From assembly GCA_951406725.2 (NCBI GenBank), contig OX597828.1, positions 72,416,001-72,480,000 on the forward strand: 64,000 nt of DNA, given 5' to 3'. The notes below the pieces were generated by a model. The model had not been told where the DNA came from. It saw only the letters and a program-made list of their open reading frames with translations, and ran no database searches. The first letter of the stretch is position 1. Each line of letters opens with the position of its first letter. The stretch is from Octopus vulgaris (Eukaryota). Of this stretch, positions 61,937 through 64,000 are shown in pieces. A program made the position numbers and the translations under genes.

Positions 61937-62093
61937 TATATATATATGCATATTGTTAGGCTGTGTGATATTATTAAAAGAACATTGGGTTTGTTGCTTC
62001 TGTGTGATATTTAGAATACAATATATTTATATGCACACCACAAATACATGTATATGAACACACACACACATGCATATATATCTATGCATATAC

Positions 62094-62126
<33 letters not shown>

Positions 62127-62197
62127 CATATATATATGCATGTATATATATATATATGTGTGTATGCATATATACATACAAACATACATATATATAT

Positions 62198-62261
<64 letters not shown>

Positions 62262-62270
<9 letters not shown>

Positions 62271-62725
62271 TAAATTAGAGATAAAACCACTATTAGGCAA
62301 ATCAAACAGTGAAAATCATAAGCCAATACATAGAAATAAAATTAATTAAAAAAATATAAAATATAAAATATTAAACTTTTAATACTTTTTGATAGTTTAT
62401 AAAAAAAAAAAAAATAAAAAAAAAAAATTAAATAAAATAATAATAATAAAAATATATATATATTTATAATTTATAAGTTTAAGTTATTAATTTAAATAAT
62501 TTAAAAAATTTTTAACTTTAATTTAAATATTTTAATTGGATTTTTATATTTTATATTTTTTATATATTTTTTAATTAATTTTATTTCTATGTATTGGCTT
62601 AAGTTTTTCACTGATTCACCTAATAGTGGTTTTATCTCTAACTTAATATAATATATATTTATACTATAAAATTAGATTTAATCCTAAATCTAATTTTTCC
62701 CTGTAAGTTTGGATTAACTCCCAAA
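62262..62725. repeat. foldback element: ~105 bp inverted arms (from 62262 and ending ~62655) plus ~70 bp tail
   Basis: TTAGAGATAAAACCACTATTAGG..AAGCCAATACATAGAAATAAAATTAATTAAAAAA pairs with 62570-62641. Confidence 0.88.
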
Positions 62726-62820
<95 letters not shown>

Positions 62821-63083
62821 AATATAAGAGAGTGGTCACTATGTGGCTCACTCCTTATTAATTAATTATATATATATATATATATATGCATATATATGTA
62901 TATGTGTGTGTGTGTTTGTATATGCATGTATTTGTCGCGTGTGTATAAATATATTGTACTTCAAATTAAATACAGAAGCAACAGATCCAACGTCCTTCGA
63001 ATAATATCTCACAGCCTAGAATAATATCTCACAGCCTAGCAATATGCCGCATCGGTTTTGGTGGTTTTGGATACCTACAAACG

Positions 63084-63300
63084 TTGACCATGATCAGCTC
63101 TACTATAAAAAAAGCTGACCTTCTAAAAAAAAAATTTGACGACATAACAAAAGCATATATGACCAACACAGCTATTTCATATGATAAAAAAAACAAAAAC
63201 TTTCTCCATTCTATGCTTATATTAAGTTCATGTTGTTCTATCACGGAGGCCAAATTCCATGCATAAAAACAATAAAGAATGCCCGAAAGATTATTGTAGA
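63084..63300 (+). pseudogene. possible degenerate piggyBac-like transposase fragment
   Basis: TAISYDKKNKNFLHSMLILSS..MPE resembles piggyBac TLVSYxPKKNKxVxLLSSMH..KPE; weak. Confidence 0.3.
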
Positions 63301-63321
63301 AATTAGAGTTGCTTTTCTTAA

Positions 63322-63733
63322 TACTCTTTACTCTTTTACTCTTTTACTTGTTTCAGTCATTTGACTGCGGCCATGCTGGAGCACCACCTTTAATCGAGCA
63401 ACTGAACACCGGGACTTATTCTTTGTAAGCCCGGTACTTATTCTATCAGTCTCTTTTGCCGAACCGCTAAGTGACGAGGACATAAGCACACCAGCATCGG
63501 TTGTCAAACAATGCTAGGGGGACAAACACGGACACACAAACATATATATATATATACGTACATATATACGTTGGGCTTCTTTCAGTTTCCATCTACCAAA
63601 TCCACTCACAAGGCTTTGGTCGGCCCGAGGCTATAATAGAAGACATTTGCCCAAGGTGCCACGCAGTGGGACTGAACCCGGAACCATGTGGTTGGTAAAT
63701 AAGCTACTTACCACACAGCCACTCCTGCGCCTA
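63322..63733 (-). mobile_element. SINE family B, full length
   Basis: Near-identical architecture to 20566-20968. Confidence 0.93.
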
Positions 63734-63930
63734 TCTTCATTCTTTACAATTCTTTAAAAATAGTATTTTTATGATAATGAACGATCTAGTTTCCGTTGAA
63801 AAGTTCTTTCTGTAATTAGTGTTAAAAGGAATTGAGCAGAATTTTCTCCTTTTTAAAAACTTAATGTTATTTTTAATGGAAAAACTCAGCTACAGTCTAC
63901 CTTTCCTTGTATATTTGAATATGTATGTGT

Positions 63931-64000
<70 letters not shown>

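Noticed and set aside
62999-63039. Perfect 20 bp tandem duplication GAATAATATCTCACAGCCTA
   Set aside because: Real but most simply a local slippage duplication; nothing lies between the copies

Overview
This is eukaryotic, very AT-rich and microsatellite-dense non-coding DNA, and the SINE repertoire and repeat landscape suggest an octopus or other coleoid cephalopod (inference). No intact protein-coding gene, rRNA, tRNA or CRISPR array is supportable; almost all ORFs in the supplied track are translations of (TA)n, (CA)n, (TATG)n or triplet repeats. The window holds many tRNA-derived SINEs (four families, here called A-D, several with 13-19 bp target-site duplications), 3' stubs of CR1-group LINEs, an R4/Dong-like endonuclease fragment, a non-autonomous Helitron, a mariner pseudogene and a ~960 bp MITE-like element. 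A ~9.5 kb near-identical tandem duplication straddles a 100-N gap and is most likely two haplotypes assembled end to end. The most interesting signal is a set of Penelope-like element (PLE) remnants carrying hammerhead-ribozyme motifs. Two have an intact catalytic core and all three stems (4970-5060 +, 19253-19306 -). A further family of ~200 bp (TA)n-anchored elements carries minimal, dimer-type hammerheads with compensatory stem changes. All calls were made by eye, and coordinates of degraded copies are approximate.
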